A stretch of DNA of 64,000 bases from an uncultured Lentisphaeria bacterium (GTDB lineage: Bacteria > Fidelibacterota > UBA8477 > JABMPR01), in contig CAZOBQ010000002.1 of assembly GCA_964578155.1 (NCBI GenBank), positions 54,872 through 118,871 of the forward strand, read 5' to 3'. The notes beneath the pieces are model-generated. The model searched no databases and was not told where the DNA came from. It was given only the letters and a program-made list of their open reading frames with translations. A program made the translations under genes and the position numbers. This document shows, piece after piece, positions 8,649-16,915 of the stretch (position 1 is the first letter of the stretch; the number at the start of each line of letters is the position of its first letter).

Positions 8649-9514
8649 CAGGCGCTGAGCACTTCTTCTTGAAAAACAGGTTCTACTTCAGTTTTGGGGA
8701 CAGACTCAATGAGAATAAGTGCATTTGTTGAGCACTTCTCTGTAGGCAATTCATGACCTTGGCCATAAAGCATGTAGTCAATACGTGCCAAATTATTTTC
8801 CAGGGTCATTAGCCCTTCATCCACACCTCTAACACACAAGGAGCATCCAACACAAGCCTTGATACAGACTTTACGAGAATCTTTTGGACTGTCCTCATTT
8901 TTACAGGCCACAAAAACAGTGTTGCTAACAGGATGCATTTCTATGATATGGCGAGGACAGGCTTCTGAGCAGTTACCACATCCCGTGCATTTTTCTTCAT
9001 CAACCACGGGTAGGCCATTATCGCTCATGCAAATGGCATCAAAAGGGCAAGAGTCAACACACTCACCGTAGCCCAGACAGCCATAGAGACAAAGCTTATC
9101 ACCTCCACTGGTAATATGTGCTGCAGTACATGTCTCAATACCCAGGTAGTTGCCCTTTTGAGCACTTTCATAGTCTCCACCCTGGCATAAGACTCGGGCA
9201 ACAATCTTTTCTCCCTTTTCTGCTTCAAGACCCATCACGCCGGCTATAGCTTCGCGAGCTTCATCATTACATACGGGACACCCACTGATTCCAATCTCAC
9301 CAGTAACAATATTTTGAGCAAAACTACTGCAACCGGGGAGGCCGCAACCACCACAATTAGCACCTGGGAGATTATCTTGTATTAATGCGATTCGGGGATC
9401 TTCTTCAACATGAAGCTTCTTGTTGGCAATAACGAGTCCAGAGGCAAAGAGTGCTCCGAGTCCACCCATACTTAGCATTGAAACAGCAATTGATGCCATA
9501 TCCATTTCAAACAT
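8648..9514 (-). CDS. rnfB: Rnf electron transport complex subunit B
   Basis: N-terminal TM segment, then NCGGCGLPGCSSFA, and multiple CxxCxxCxxxCP ferredoxin motifs. Confidence 0.85.
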   Translation of the reverse strand: MFEMDMASIAVSMLSMGGLGALFASGLVIANKKLHVEEDPRIALIQDNLPGANCGGCGLPGCSSFAQNIVTGEIGISGCPVCNDEAREAIAGVMGLEAEKGEKIVARVLCQGGDYESAQKGNYLGIETCTAAHITSGGDKLCLYGCLGYGECVDSCPFDAICMSDNGLPVVDEEKCTGCGNCSEACPRHIIEMHPVSNTVFVACKNEDSPKDSRKVCIKACVGCSLCVRGVDEGLMTLENNLARIDYMLYGQGHELPTEKCSTNALILIESVPKTEVEPVFQEEVLSA

Positions 9515-9524
9515 TCCTTATAGC

Positions 9525-10124
9525 TTAAATCATTCCAGCAAAACCCATGAAGGCGAGAGCTAAGGCTCCTGCAACGATCATGGTGATACCTGCTCCTTGA
9601 AAATACTTAGGTACGGGAGCCAACTCCAACTCCTCGCGAATTCCGGCCATAATTACCAGTGCGAGCGTAAAGCCAGCACCAGCACCCAGACCAAAGACGA
9701 CACTTTCAATAAAACCATAATCACGCAATACAGAGAAAAGGGCCAGACCGAGGATGGCGCAATTGGTTGTGATGAGTGGCAAATAAATGCCCAGCGTATC
9801 ATAAAGAGGTTTACTCACCTTGCGGATAAACATCTCGACCAACTGGACCAGAGATGCGATGACCAGAATAAAACTGACATACTCCAAGATCTCGACCTCA
9901 AAGGGCACCAGCAGTAAATGATAGATCAACCAGGTAACTACAGCAGTAATGAGCATAACAAATGTTACTGCCATTCCCATTGAGACAGCAGAGGAGACTT
10001 TTTTTGAAACCCCAACAAAAGGACATATTCCCAGGAAATAAGAAAGGACAAAATTGTTTACAATTGCAGCCGAAAAGAAAAGCAGGAAATAACTCACGAT
10101 GTGGCCCTCCAGTCGTTGTACCAA
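9525..10124 (-). CDS. rnfA: Rnf complex subunit A
   Basis: 199-aa polytopic membrane protein: NNFVLSYFLGICPF...LPLITTNCAILG. Confidence 0.9.
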   Translation of the reverse strand: MVQRLEGHIVSYFLLFFSAAIVNNFVLSYFLGICPFVGVSKKVSSAVSMGMAVTFVMLITAVVTWLIYHLLLVPFEVEILEYVSFILVIASLVQLVEMFIRKVSKPLYDTLGIYLPLITTNCAILGLALFSVLRDYGFIESVVFGLGAGAGFTLALVIMAGIREELELAPVPKYFQGAGITMIVAGALALAFMGFAGMI

Positions 10125-10705
10125 TTCGCTAGAGCGATCATCAATCCAAGCGTTAGAAAAGCACCCGGAGGAAGGATCATGATCATCCAGGGATTAAACC
10201 AATCTCCCATGACCGTAATTCCAAAAATAGATCCAGAGCCTAATACCTCACGAACGGACCCAAGGGCTACCAATACAAAAATAAACCCTAAACCCATCCC
10301 AAAGCTATCAACCAGAGAGCGTCCAATTCCATTTCGTGAAGAGAAGGCTTCCTGTCGGCCCAAGATGAGACAGTTGACTACGATTAGGGGAATATATGGT
10401 CCAAGTGTTGCGCTGATTTCAGGAAAGAAAGCAGCCAAAAAGCGATCTGCAACAGTCACAAAGGTGGCAATAATAACGATAAACCCGGCGATTCGAACTT
10501 GGTGGGGAATCACTTTTCGTAGCGCTGAGATCATGAGACTTGACATCACCAGAACAAAGGTTGTCGCCAAACCCATCGCTAAACCATTCATGGCGGCATT
10601 TGTAACTGCCAGGGTTGGGCAGAGACCCAACAGGCTGGCAATAACAGGGTTTTCCTTCCAGAGACCTTTGATGAACTCAGTCTTTAGCGGTACTGTTTTG
10701 CTCAT
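10094..10705 (-). CDS. rnfE: Rnf complex subunit E
   Basis: 203 aa: NPVIASLLGLCPTLAVT...IPLIVVNCLILGR. Confidence 0.9.
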   Translation of the reverse strand: MSKTVPLKTEFIKGLWKENPVIASLLGLCPTLAVTNAAMNGLAMGLATTFVLVMSSLMISALRKVIPHQVRIAGFIVIIATFVTVADRFLAAFFPEISATLGPYIPLIVVNCLILGRQEAFSSRNGIGRSLVDSFGMGLGFIFVLVALGSVREVLGSGSIFGITVMGDWFNPWMIMILPPGAFLTLGLMIALANWYNDWRATS

Positions 10706-11313
10706 GACTCCCGCCCTTCTGTGCTTGACAAGGTTTTTTGGACAGCCTTAATCTTGTCGTTAATGATTCGGGCAATCGCTTTGGAAGAAATGGTTGCACC
10801 TGTAATCCCTTGTACCTCATTATTTGCGCTTGGCTTTGCATTTTTCAGAACGACGATCTCAGGCGAAACGACAATCCCTTCAAACTGTTTTGGAAACCAA
10901 AAGGGGTCTTGTTTATTTGATGGGTCCACCACAATTTTAGTTCCCAGTCCAGGTGTTTCAATCTGTTCCAGAACCTTGATTCCGGTCAGCTTCATGAGAT
11001 CAGGTGTAAGTCCGACCATAATCCTGACCTCTCCCTGAAACCCACTTCCTATGGCCATAAATGCCACCCCGACAGGAGATTCAGCCAGGCTATCAGTTTT
11101 ACCAAAATAAAGAGTCCCCGTTTCCGTTTCTTGACTCTCATACATGCCATGGTCTGGTAGGACATGACCAATCGCCGCTTTCAGTGCTTGGAGACGATGG
11201 TAGGCAACCTTTGGCTTTGTATACATATCCCAACCGGCAAGTATGCCTCCGGATAAGACAGTTATAAGGGTCAACACCAGAATCATGCGTGTTGACAATG
11301 ATAAGTTGCTCAT
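10702..11313 (-). CDS. rnfG: Rnf complex subunit G (FMN-binding)
   Basis: N-terminal TM segment and an FMN-binding domain with the flavinylation motif GITGATISS. Confidence 0.8.
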   Translation of the reverse strand: MSNLSLSTRMILVLTLITVLSGGILAGWDMYTKPKVAYHRLQALKAAIGHVLPDHGMYESQETETGTLYFGKTDSLAESPVGVAFMAIGSGFQGEVRIMVGLTPDLMKLTGIKVLEQIETPGLGTKIVVDPSNKQDPFWFPKQFEGIVVSPEIVVLKNAKPSANNEVQGITGATISSKAIARIINDKIKAVQKTLSSTEGRES

Positions 11314-12356
11314 GCTCGCACCTCCCCAAAGAAAGCAGGACGGGTATAACGGTTAATAAGTGGTGTAAAGGCATTCATGAGCAGGATGGAATACATCACG
11401 CCTTCAGGTAATCCCCCAAACAGACGAATAATGACCAAAATAAAGCCACAGCCAATTCCAAAGATCCAGGAACCACGAGCAGTCACAGGGGAGGTTACCA
11501 TATCTGTTGCCATAAAAAAGGCTCCCAGCATTAATCCACCGCTAAATAGTTGAAATACAGGTGAAGGATACGACTCGGGAGAGGAGAGCCAGAACAAACC
11601 GCCAAACACAAAGACGGAAAGCAAGAAACTGAGTGGGATACGCCAATCTGCATATTTTCGAATCAAGAGATATAATCCGCCTATAAGAATCGCGATAGCA
11701 GATGTCTCTCCAAGGGACCCGCTAATATCTCCAGTTAGGAGAGCGGGTAATTCGCTGGTCACTTTTTCAAACTTGAACAATCCAAGAGGTGTTGCTGCAG
11801 TTATTCCGTCAATATCAGCATAACGCGTTGTTGAAGGCCAGGTCCAGGTAGTCATGGGAACTGGGAAGCTAGCCTGAAGAAAGGCACGCCCTAGGAGAGC
11901 GGGGTTAAAAATGTTATACCCTAGACCGCCAAAGACATGTTTTCCGATAACAATGGCAAAAACAGATCCCAGAACAGCTCCTCCTATAGAAAATGAAGGA
12001 GGTAGGGTCAGAGCTAACAATAGTCCGGTAATGGCGGCGGAGCCATCCGGTATGGTTAGTGATTCTCCTTTTATCCTGTTTACAATAGCTTCAGATGCGA
12101 GAGCGGCAAGCACTGAACTCAGAATAATTCCCACTGCAGCCCACTGAAAATAGATGCTAGCCATGACCACAGCTGGGACCAGGGCAAGAATCACATTCCA
12201 CATGATGCTTGGAACTGAATCCTTAGCATGGAAATGAGGAGATGAGGCTAGAACCAGAGGCTGATCAGGTATATATAATTTAGCCCGAGGATCTTTTTTC
12301 TTCTTTTCGGGTTTGGGTGCTGATTCAGGCTGAGATGATAAGTTATTATCCGTCAT
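11310..12356 (-). CDS. rnfD: Rnf complex subunit D
   Basis: 348-aa polytopic protein: SSPHFH...GYNIFNPALLGRAFL...FFMATDMVTSP. Confidence 0.9.
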   Translation of the reverse strand: MTDNNLSSQPESAPKPEKKKKDPRAKLYIPDQPLVLASSPHFHAKDSVPSIMWNVILALVPAVVMASIYFQWAAVGIILSSVLAALASEAIVNRIKGESLTIPDGSAAITGLLLALTLPPSFSIGGAVLGSVFAIVIGKHVFGGLGYNIFNPALLGRAFLQASFPVPMTTWTWPSTTRYADIDGITAATPLGLFKFEKVTSELPALLTGDISGSLGETSAIAILIGGLYLLIRKYADWRIPLSFLLSVFVFGGLFWLSSPESYPSPVFQLFSGGLMLGAFFMATDMVTSPVTARGSWIFGIGCGFILVIIRLFGGLPEGVMYSILLMNAFTPLINRYTRPAFFGEVRA

Positions 12357-12367
12357 AGATACTCCGA

Positions 12368-13729
12368 CTAGACCTGAGCTTTAAGTTTGTTTTGTTTTTC
12401 AGTCACCTTGACTTTGCCCACTCTAATCCATTGCACAAGTGGAATTCCAGATGGGCAGACAAAAGCACAGGAGCCACATTCAATACAGTTAAATACTCCC
12501 CACGCTTTACAGTCATCGTATTGAGCTGTCTCTGCTAATCGTGATATTCGAGTTGGTACCAGATTCATGGGACACACGCTCACACAGGTACCACACTGGA
12601 TACAAGGATATTGCCTGGATTTCTGAAGTTGAGTTGATTCAAGACATACAATTCCCGAGGTGGCTTTTAGCGTAGGGACATTGAGGTCATACTGGGCTAA
12701 ACCCATCATAGGTCCACCCATGAAAACTTGGGCTGTCTCACCCTTAAGTCCACCACAGGCATCCACACACACCTTGAAAGGAGTGCCAACTCGGGCGACA
12801 ATATTTCCAGGTTCATTGATGGCATCACCGGTGACAGTCAGCATTCTTTGAATAAGTGGTTTACCTTCTACGACAGCCTCATAAACAGCCAGTGCTGTGG
12901 CGATGTTGTTAACCACAACGCCAACATCCATAGGTAATCCACCTGCAGGGACTTTGCGACCTAGTGCAGCATCGATAAGCATTTTCTCCGCACCTTGTGG
13001 GTACTTTACCTTTAAGGGTTGGACTTTAAAATTAAGATTTAAAGCTGTACTTCGTGATTCCATTAGGGTGATGGCATCAAGTTTATTGCTTTCGATACCT
13101 ACAATGCCTTGGTCAACACCGAGAATCTTCATCATAATAGCCATTCCGTTAAGAATGCGATCCGTATCCTCCAGCATGTTGCGGTGATCACAAGTAAGGA
13201 AGGGCTCACATTCACAGCCATTTAAAATGAAAGTGTCAATGGGCTTCTCTTTTGGTGGAGCCATTTTGACATGAGTAGGGAAAGCTGCCCCTCCAAGACC
13301 TACGATTCCAGCCTCGCGAACGAATTGACGAAGTGTACTCGCCTCCGTAGTTTTCCAGTCATCCGGAGTGTCGAGTAACGCCCAGTTGTCTTCCTCTCCC
13401 TCTCGTTTGATGTGGATCATGGGAACTTTGCCACCAAGGGGATGAGGAAAAGATGCTACAGCATGTACCTTGCCTGTAATAGAAGCGTGAATTGGGCTAG
13501 AAACAAAAGCTTTGGTGTCAGCAATTTTTTGGCCGGTTTTTACAAAATCACCTTTTTCGACTAAAGCCTCACAAGGAGCCCCAATATGTTGCTGAAGGGG
13601 GATAAAGACCTCATCTGGCGCTGGTAAATCGCGTGATGCAATGTTACAGCTCAAGTTTTTAAATTCGTCAGGGTGAACACCACGACGAAAAGTGCTAACA
13701 GAGAGTGTGCTGGATTCAACCATAAGCAA
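12368..13729 (-). CDS. rnfC: Rnf complex subunit C
   Basis: 453 aa: GIVGLGGAAFPTHVK, NGCECEPFLT, and two 4Fe-4S motifs CIQCGTCVSVCP / CIECGSCAFVCP. The listed start is TTG. An in-frame ATG at 13723 is the alternative start. Confidence 0.9.
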   Translation of the reverse strand: MLMVESSTLSVSTFRRGVHPDEFKNLSCNIASRDLPAPDEVFIPLQQHIGAPCEALVEKGDFVKTGQKIADTKAFVSSPIHASITGKVHAVASFPHPLGGKVPMIHIKREGEEDNWALLDTPDDWKTTEASTLRQFVREAGIVGLGGAAFPTHVKMAPPKEKPIDTFILNGCECEPFLTCDHRNMLEDTDRILNGMAIMMKILGVDQGIVGIESNKLDAITLMESRSTALNLNFKVQPLKVKYPQGAEKMLIDAALGRKVPAGGLPMDVGVVVNNIATALAVYEAVVEGKPLIQRMLTVTGDAINEPGNIVARVGTPFKVCVDACGGLKGETAQVFMGGPMMGLAQYDLNVPTLKATSGIVCLESTQLQKSRQYPCIQCGTCVSVCPMNLVPTRISRLAETAQYDDCKAWGVFNCIECGSCAFVCPSGIPLVQWIRVGKVKVTEKQNKLKAQV

Positions 13730-13963
13730 ATTGCCCTTTTATAGATGGGTTGGAAACCATGATGCGAATTCTTCCACAAATCAGGATGTTCTTCATAGTG
13801 ATGGATTAGGGCAAAAATAAGACCAGTCGGACAGATTTATTGTTATTAGGGTAAGAAATTACTGATTAGTTAAAAGATTGTAAATAAAGCATGTAGGCGC
13901 ATAAATATTTACTAAATCAGTAGTTGACTATTGCAGGTATAATCAGATGAGTTAATCAAGTCC

Positions 13964-14025
13964 TCGTCATCCTGCCTGCCAAGTCGTAGTTCGATAGAAC
14001 GGAGACTGGAGGGAACTCGAAGGAT
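13964..14025. repeat. Degenerate family-U repeat
   Basis: tcgtcatcctgcctgccaagtcgtag...ggaactcgaaggat, immediately 3' of GIY-YIG paralog 3. Confidence 0.45.
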
Positions 14026-14031
14026 AATAAT

Positions 14032-14328
14032 TTAGACCTTTCTATCTCGGTATGGGATCGAAAGCTTCTTGAGTTTCTGAGTGTTACCAAAAATATAGGC
14101 CTCTTTTTTACCTCTACTCCACTCTTTGATCTGTTTCTCAAGAACAATTGCGTCTTGTATATCCATATCATCTGAATTCCAGATAAGCTTCACTGGACGA
14201 CGCGAATGCGTATATCCTCTAAAGTGACCACATTCATGCTGGAAAAGTCTTTGTTCAAGGTTGCTGGTTACCCCAGTGTAGAACGAACTATCTGAACATA
14301 TCAGTATATAAACAATACCTGTTTTCAT
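14032..14328 (-). CDS. GIY-YIG nuclease-domain protein (paralog 3)
   Basis: 98 aa: GIVYILICSDSSFYTGVTSNLEQRLFQH...LEKQIKEWSRGKK. Confidence 0.85.
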   Translation of the reverse strand: MKTGIVYILICSDSSFYTGVTSNLEQRLFQHECGHFRGYTHSRRPVKLIWNSDDMDIQDAIVLEKQIKEWSRGKKEAYIFGNTQKLKKLSIPYRDRKV

Positions 14329-14401
14329 ATTATCTCCAGTTGTGTTTTTGGTTGATTTAAAATGTATACAAAACTCACGAGAGACAAGAAATATTGTAGC
14401 A

Positions 14402-14439
14402 CTTCGAGATTTGAGCTTCGCTCAACCTCAGTGAGACGA
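14402..14439. repeat. Family-U repeat (long-form-like, degenerate)
   Basis: cttcgagatttgagcttcgctcaacctcagtgagacga aligns with 1591-1636 and 58489-58534. Confidence 0.5.
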
Positions 14440-14482
14440 AATGGGTGTATCTCTCAAGGTCGAGACGAGAGAATCAAAACCT

Positions 14483-14520
14483 CGTCATCCTGAGGTGTCC
14501 GAAGGACAGTCTCGAAGGAT
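14483..14520. repeat. Family-U repeat (short form) with duplicated tail
   Basis: cgtcatcctgaggtgtccgaagga followed by cagtctcgaaggat. Confidence 0.7.
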
Positions 14521-14540
14521 CAAGGTTTACAAAGAAGTAA

Positions 14541-14563
14541 GAGATTTCGGCGAGCTCAATCTC
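14541..14563. repeat. Hairpin repeat H3 (possible terminator of the DUF4139 gene)
   Basis: gagatt-tcggcgagctc-aatctc: a 6-bp stem, with a loop that differs from the H2 loop at one base. It lies 10 nt downstream of the stop codon of the 14574-15911 gene. Confidence 0.6.
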
Positions 14564-14573
14564 CAAATAAACA

Positions 14574-15911
14574 CTATCGCATAGAAGTGTAACTGGTAAA
14601 GGTCAGCACCTTCTCGGTATTGGCGGGAACTGAAACGGTGAATTTCACCCGATTTGCATCCAGTTTTTCAAAGGCTTCAGAGGGATTCTTTATTTTCCAG
14701 TTTCCATATCCAATTCGTTGGATTACATCCACGACAACAGCTTCATCCTTACGATTGGCCAGGGTGATTTTAATATCTTCCTCATGAAACTTGTTTTGCT
14801 TTGAGCGGCGATCAAGCACTTCCCGCTTGCCCTTGACATCAAACGCCTTTCCAACTTCGAAGGCTACAAGATCATCTTTGGAAGTATGCTTAATGCGATC
14901 TTCACCGACAAGCTCCAGCGCCCCATCTGTATCTTTTTTGAACAAACGAACAATTCCGGCAGGCAAGGCAACACCAGTACCTGAATTTTTATCATTCTTA
15001 AAGGTGATCTTAATTGGCAGATTACTAAAGCTGCTTCCACCACCTTCAAAGACAAACTGTTTAACTGTCTTTACGGTTGATGGGCTCAGCCACTGAATCT
15101 GCTTTTCCTCTCGATTATTTACGCTAACAGGGAACCCGATCTCATAAAGATGATATTCGAAGAACCCTCGCTCTGTGACCACCTGTGCGGCTGATTTTGC
15201 CATAAACGCTACTTCTGCTCGATCACGATATTCAGGTTGAGCGCGGTTTAAATCTCCGGCCACTAGTTTTAACTTGGTATCTTTATAGTTTTTACCAGAC
15301 TGATTATTCAGGTTGATCCAGGAGCTAAGATCCATTTCTGTGTCATCATCATTGATTACAGCAACATACTCTGCTCGCCATGAAACCACGCCGGCGAGAT
15401 AAGATAGATCCAGGTCATAATTTCCCGATTTTTCCGTATTTATTGTCCATGCCAGGGTGGGTCGAACATAGAGTCGTTCAGAGGGTGTTGGACATTTTAT
15501 AGATCCAACATAGTTGCGTTGAATTATGTCAGTTCCGGTTTTTGTCTTAAGGACCAGTGTACTGTTGTCATAACTAAGGAGTTGACCAGAGACCTTTTTA
15601 TCATTTTGAAGAACGACGGTAACGGGTGCCTCTAAGTATTTCTTCAGTAGCTTGTTTTGGTTTACCAGGTCATAACGATAATTCTGTTCTAAAACTTGAA
15701 GCCCGGAGTTTGAACTTAACTTTACAGAAGAGGGGTTCAGCGTCTCAGCAACTTTTTCAATCTCAAGTTCAGAGATCCCCGCCGTAAGTTTCCGAGAGAA
15801 TTTCTCTTTAACCAGGGCTTGACCATGATTGTATACTGTTAGTTGTGTTTGAGCTGTAAGCGTAAGCGTTAAAAGAGCGAGTGCACTGAACAGTTTAAAT
15901 TTTGGGTACAT
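14574..15911 (-). CDS. Secreted DUF4139/DUF4140-like (MuiA-family-like) protein
   Basis: 445 aa with a signal peptide (LTLTLTAQTQ) and a beta-rich sequence containing LKLVAGDLN. The family assignment is from memory of TIGR02231-like proteins. Confidence 0.45.
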   Translation of the reverse strand: MYPKFKLFSALALLTLTLTAQTQLTVYNHGQALVKEKFSRKLTAGISELEIEKVAETLNPSSVKLSSNSGLQVLEQNYRYDLVNQNKLLKKYLEAPVTVVLQNDKKVSGQLLSYDNSTLVLKTKTGTDIIQRNYVGSIKCPTPSERLYVRPTLAWTINTEKSGNYDLDLSYLAGVVSWRAEYVAVINDDDTEMDLSSWINLNNQSGKNYKDTKLKLVAGDLNRAQPEYRDRAEVAFMAKSAAQVVTERGFFEYHLYEIGFPVSVNNREEKQIQWLSPSTVKTVKQFVFEGGGSSFSNLPIKITFKNDKNSGTGVALPAGIVRLFKKDTDGALELVGEDRIKHTSKDDLVAFEVGKAFDVKGKREVLDRRSKQNKFHEEDIKITLANRKDEAVVVDVIQRIGYGNWKIKNPSEAFEKLDANRVKFTVSVPANTEKVLTFTSYTSMR

Positions 15912-15946
15912 ATTTATCTCCTGATTTATCTTTTCAAGCTAATGCG

Positions 15947-16684
15947 CTATGGCATAGAATGTTCTTGATTGTCTACAACTTGGAGAGCCTTCATTATCGC
16001 TGGCCTCGCGAATTTTTCCATCTCGAGGTATCCTGTTTTGTTCGGGTGTACACCATCGCGTGTAAACCTCTGCTTTAAACCACCCCGCCTGTTCACCATG
16101 GATGAATAATAATCGATATAAAGTAGACCACGTTTCCGCGCGTAACTTTTTATCAACTGATTAATCTCAAGAATTTTAAGGGCTGGCTTTAGTTCTGGTC
16201 TCCAGCTAAAGGATTCGGCAGGTAAAAGCGAGGTAAGGATACATGTAATACCGTTGGCTTCAGCCAGTTCCACCATAGAAATAATGTTTGCCAGAATCTG
16301 TTCCAGCGCGATAGGACCTGTGTTCTCGGCAATATCATTGGTACCTGCACTGATGATGACCACATCTGGTTTTAGATACACGCAATCCGATCTGAACCTT
16401 ACCAGCATTTGAGGGCTGGTTTGTCCACTGATTCCGCGGTTGATAAAGTCTTTCCCAGCGAAAAAGTCAGGGTTGATTTTTAACCACTCCTGAGTAATTG
16501 AGTTCCCCATAAAGACAACACGATGGTCTCCCTTCGTCGCTGGGCCAAGCTCAATATTAGCCTGTTTGTAATAGTCCAGCTTTGCCCAATCTTGGGTATA
16601 TGCAAGCGAAAGCAAGAGCAGGAAAAGAAGAGAAAGCTTAAAGTGTGTTTTTATTGATCTCATAGATTGGCAAAAGTTAAGCAT
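15947..16684 (-). CDS. SGNH/GDSL-family hydrolase (secreted)
   Basis: The four SGNH blocks are present: FMGNSIT, GISGQT, SAGTNDI and DGVHPN. The alternative ATG at 16663 gives a cleaner signal peptide. Confidence 0.75.
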   Translation of the reverse strand: MLNFCQSMRSIKTHFKLSLLFLLLLSLAYTQDWAKLDYYKQANIELGPATKGDHRVVFMGNSITQEWLKINPDFFAGKDFINRGISGQTSPQMLVRFRSDCVYLKPDVVIISAGTNDIAENTGPIALEQILANIISMVELAEANGITCILTSLLPAESFSWRPELKPALKILEINQLIKSYARKRGLLYIDYYSSMVNRRGGLKQRFTRDGVHPNKTGYLEMEKFARPAIMKALQVVDNQEHSMP

Positions 16685-16754
16685 GCAAAGGGTGAATGCT
16701 AAATGCTATTTGATTTAACTCAGCCAGATAGCTTGGAAAAGGAACTAAATTCTC

Positions 16755-16783
16755 TTGACAATGTTCTACCGTACTAGTACATT
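16755..16783 (+). promoter_or_regulatory. Putative sigma70-type promoter of the trp operon with an embedded palindrome
   Basis: TTGACA (16755-16760), a 17-nt spacer, then TACATT (16778-16783). The perfect palindrome GTACTAGTAC (16771-16780) overlaps the spacer and the -10 element. Confidence 0.35.
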
Positions 16784-16915
16784 ATGTAACAATGATAATG
16801 CTTACCCTATTTACACCCCTAAACGACGATGCCTGCTGGCGTTCCTCTTTGATTTGACTTTCAAAGAGCATTTACATTAACCCAATAATCCGCGATAAAA
16901 TAAAGAATTGAATTC

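Noticed and set aside
10101-10751. 216-aa ORF on the plus strand
   Set aside because: It is entirely antisense to the well-supported rnfE/rnfA genes, with Pro/Arg/Ile-rich low-complexity translation. This is a typical shadow ORF. The same reasoning applies to 729-1133, 35110-35523, 44643-45047, 54766-55281, 61088-61483 and the other antisense ORFs in the track.
13924-13943. TTGACT ... TATAAT promoter-like hexamers
   Set aside because: The spacer is only 8 nt, and the element is on the plus strand with no downstream plus-strand gene. The geometry is incompatible with a sigma70 promoter.
1218-14328. GIY-YIG genes as intron- or intein-borne homing endonucleases
   Set aside because: The proteins are about 100 aa with the catalytic domain only and no DNA-binding extension. 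They lie in intergenic DNA, not inside a host gene. I see no group I intron-like structure.
16792-16868. Classical trp leader-peptide attenuator
   Set aside because: A 21-codon uORF (MIMLTLFTPLNDDACWRSSLI*) exists in the leader. It has a single Trp codon, no Shine-Dalgarno sequence and no alternative-hairpin set. The one hairpin (16845-16868) is not followed by a U-run.
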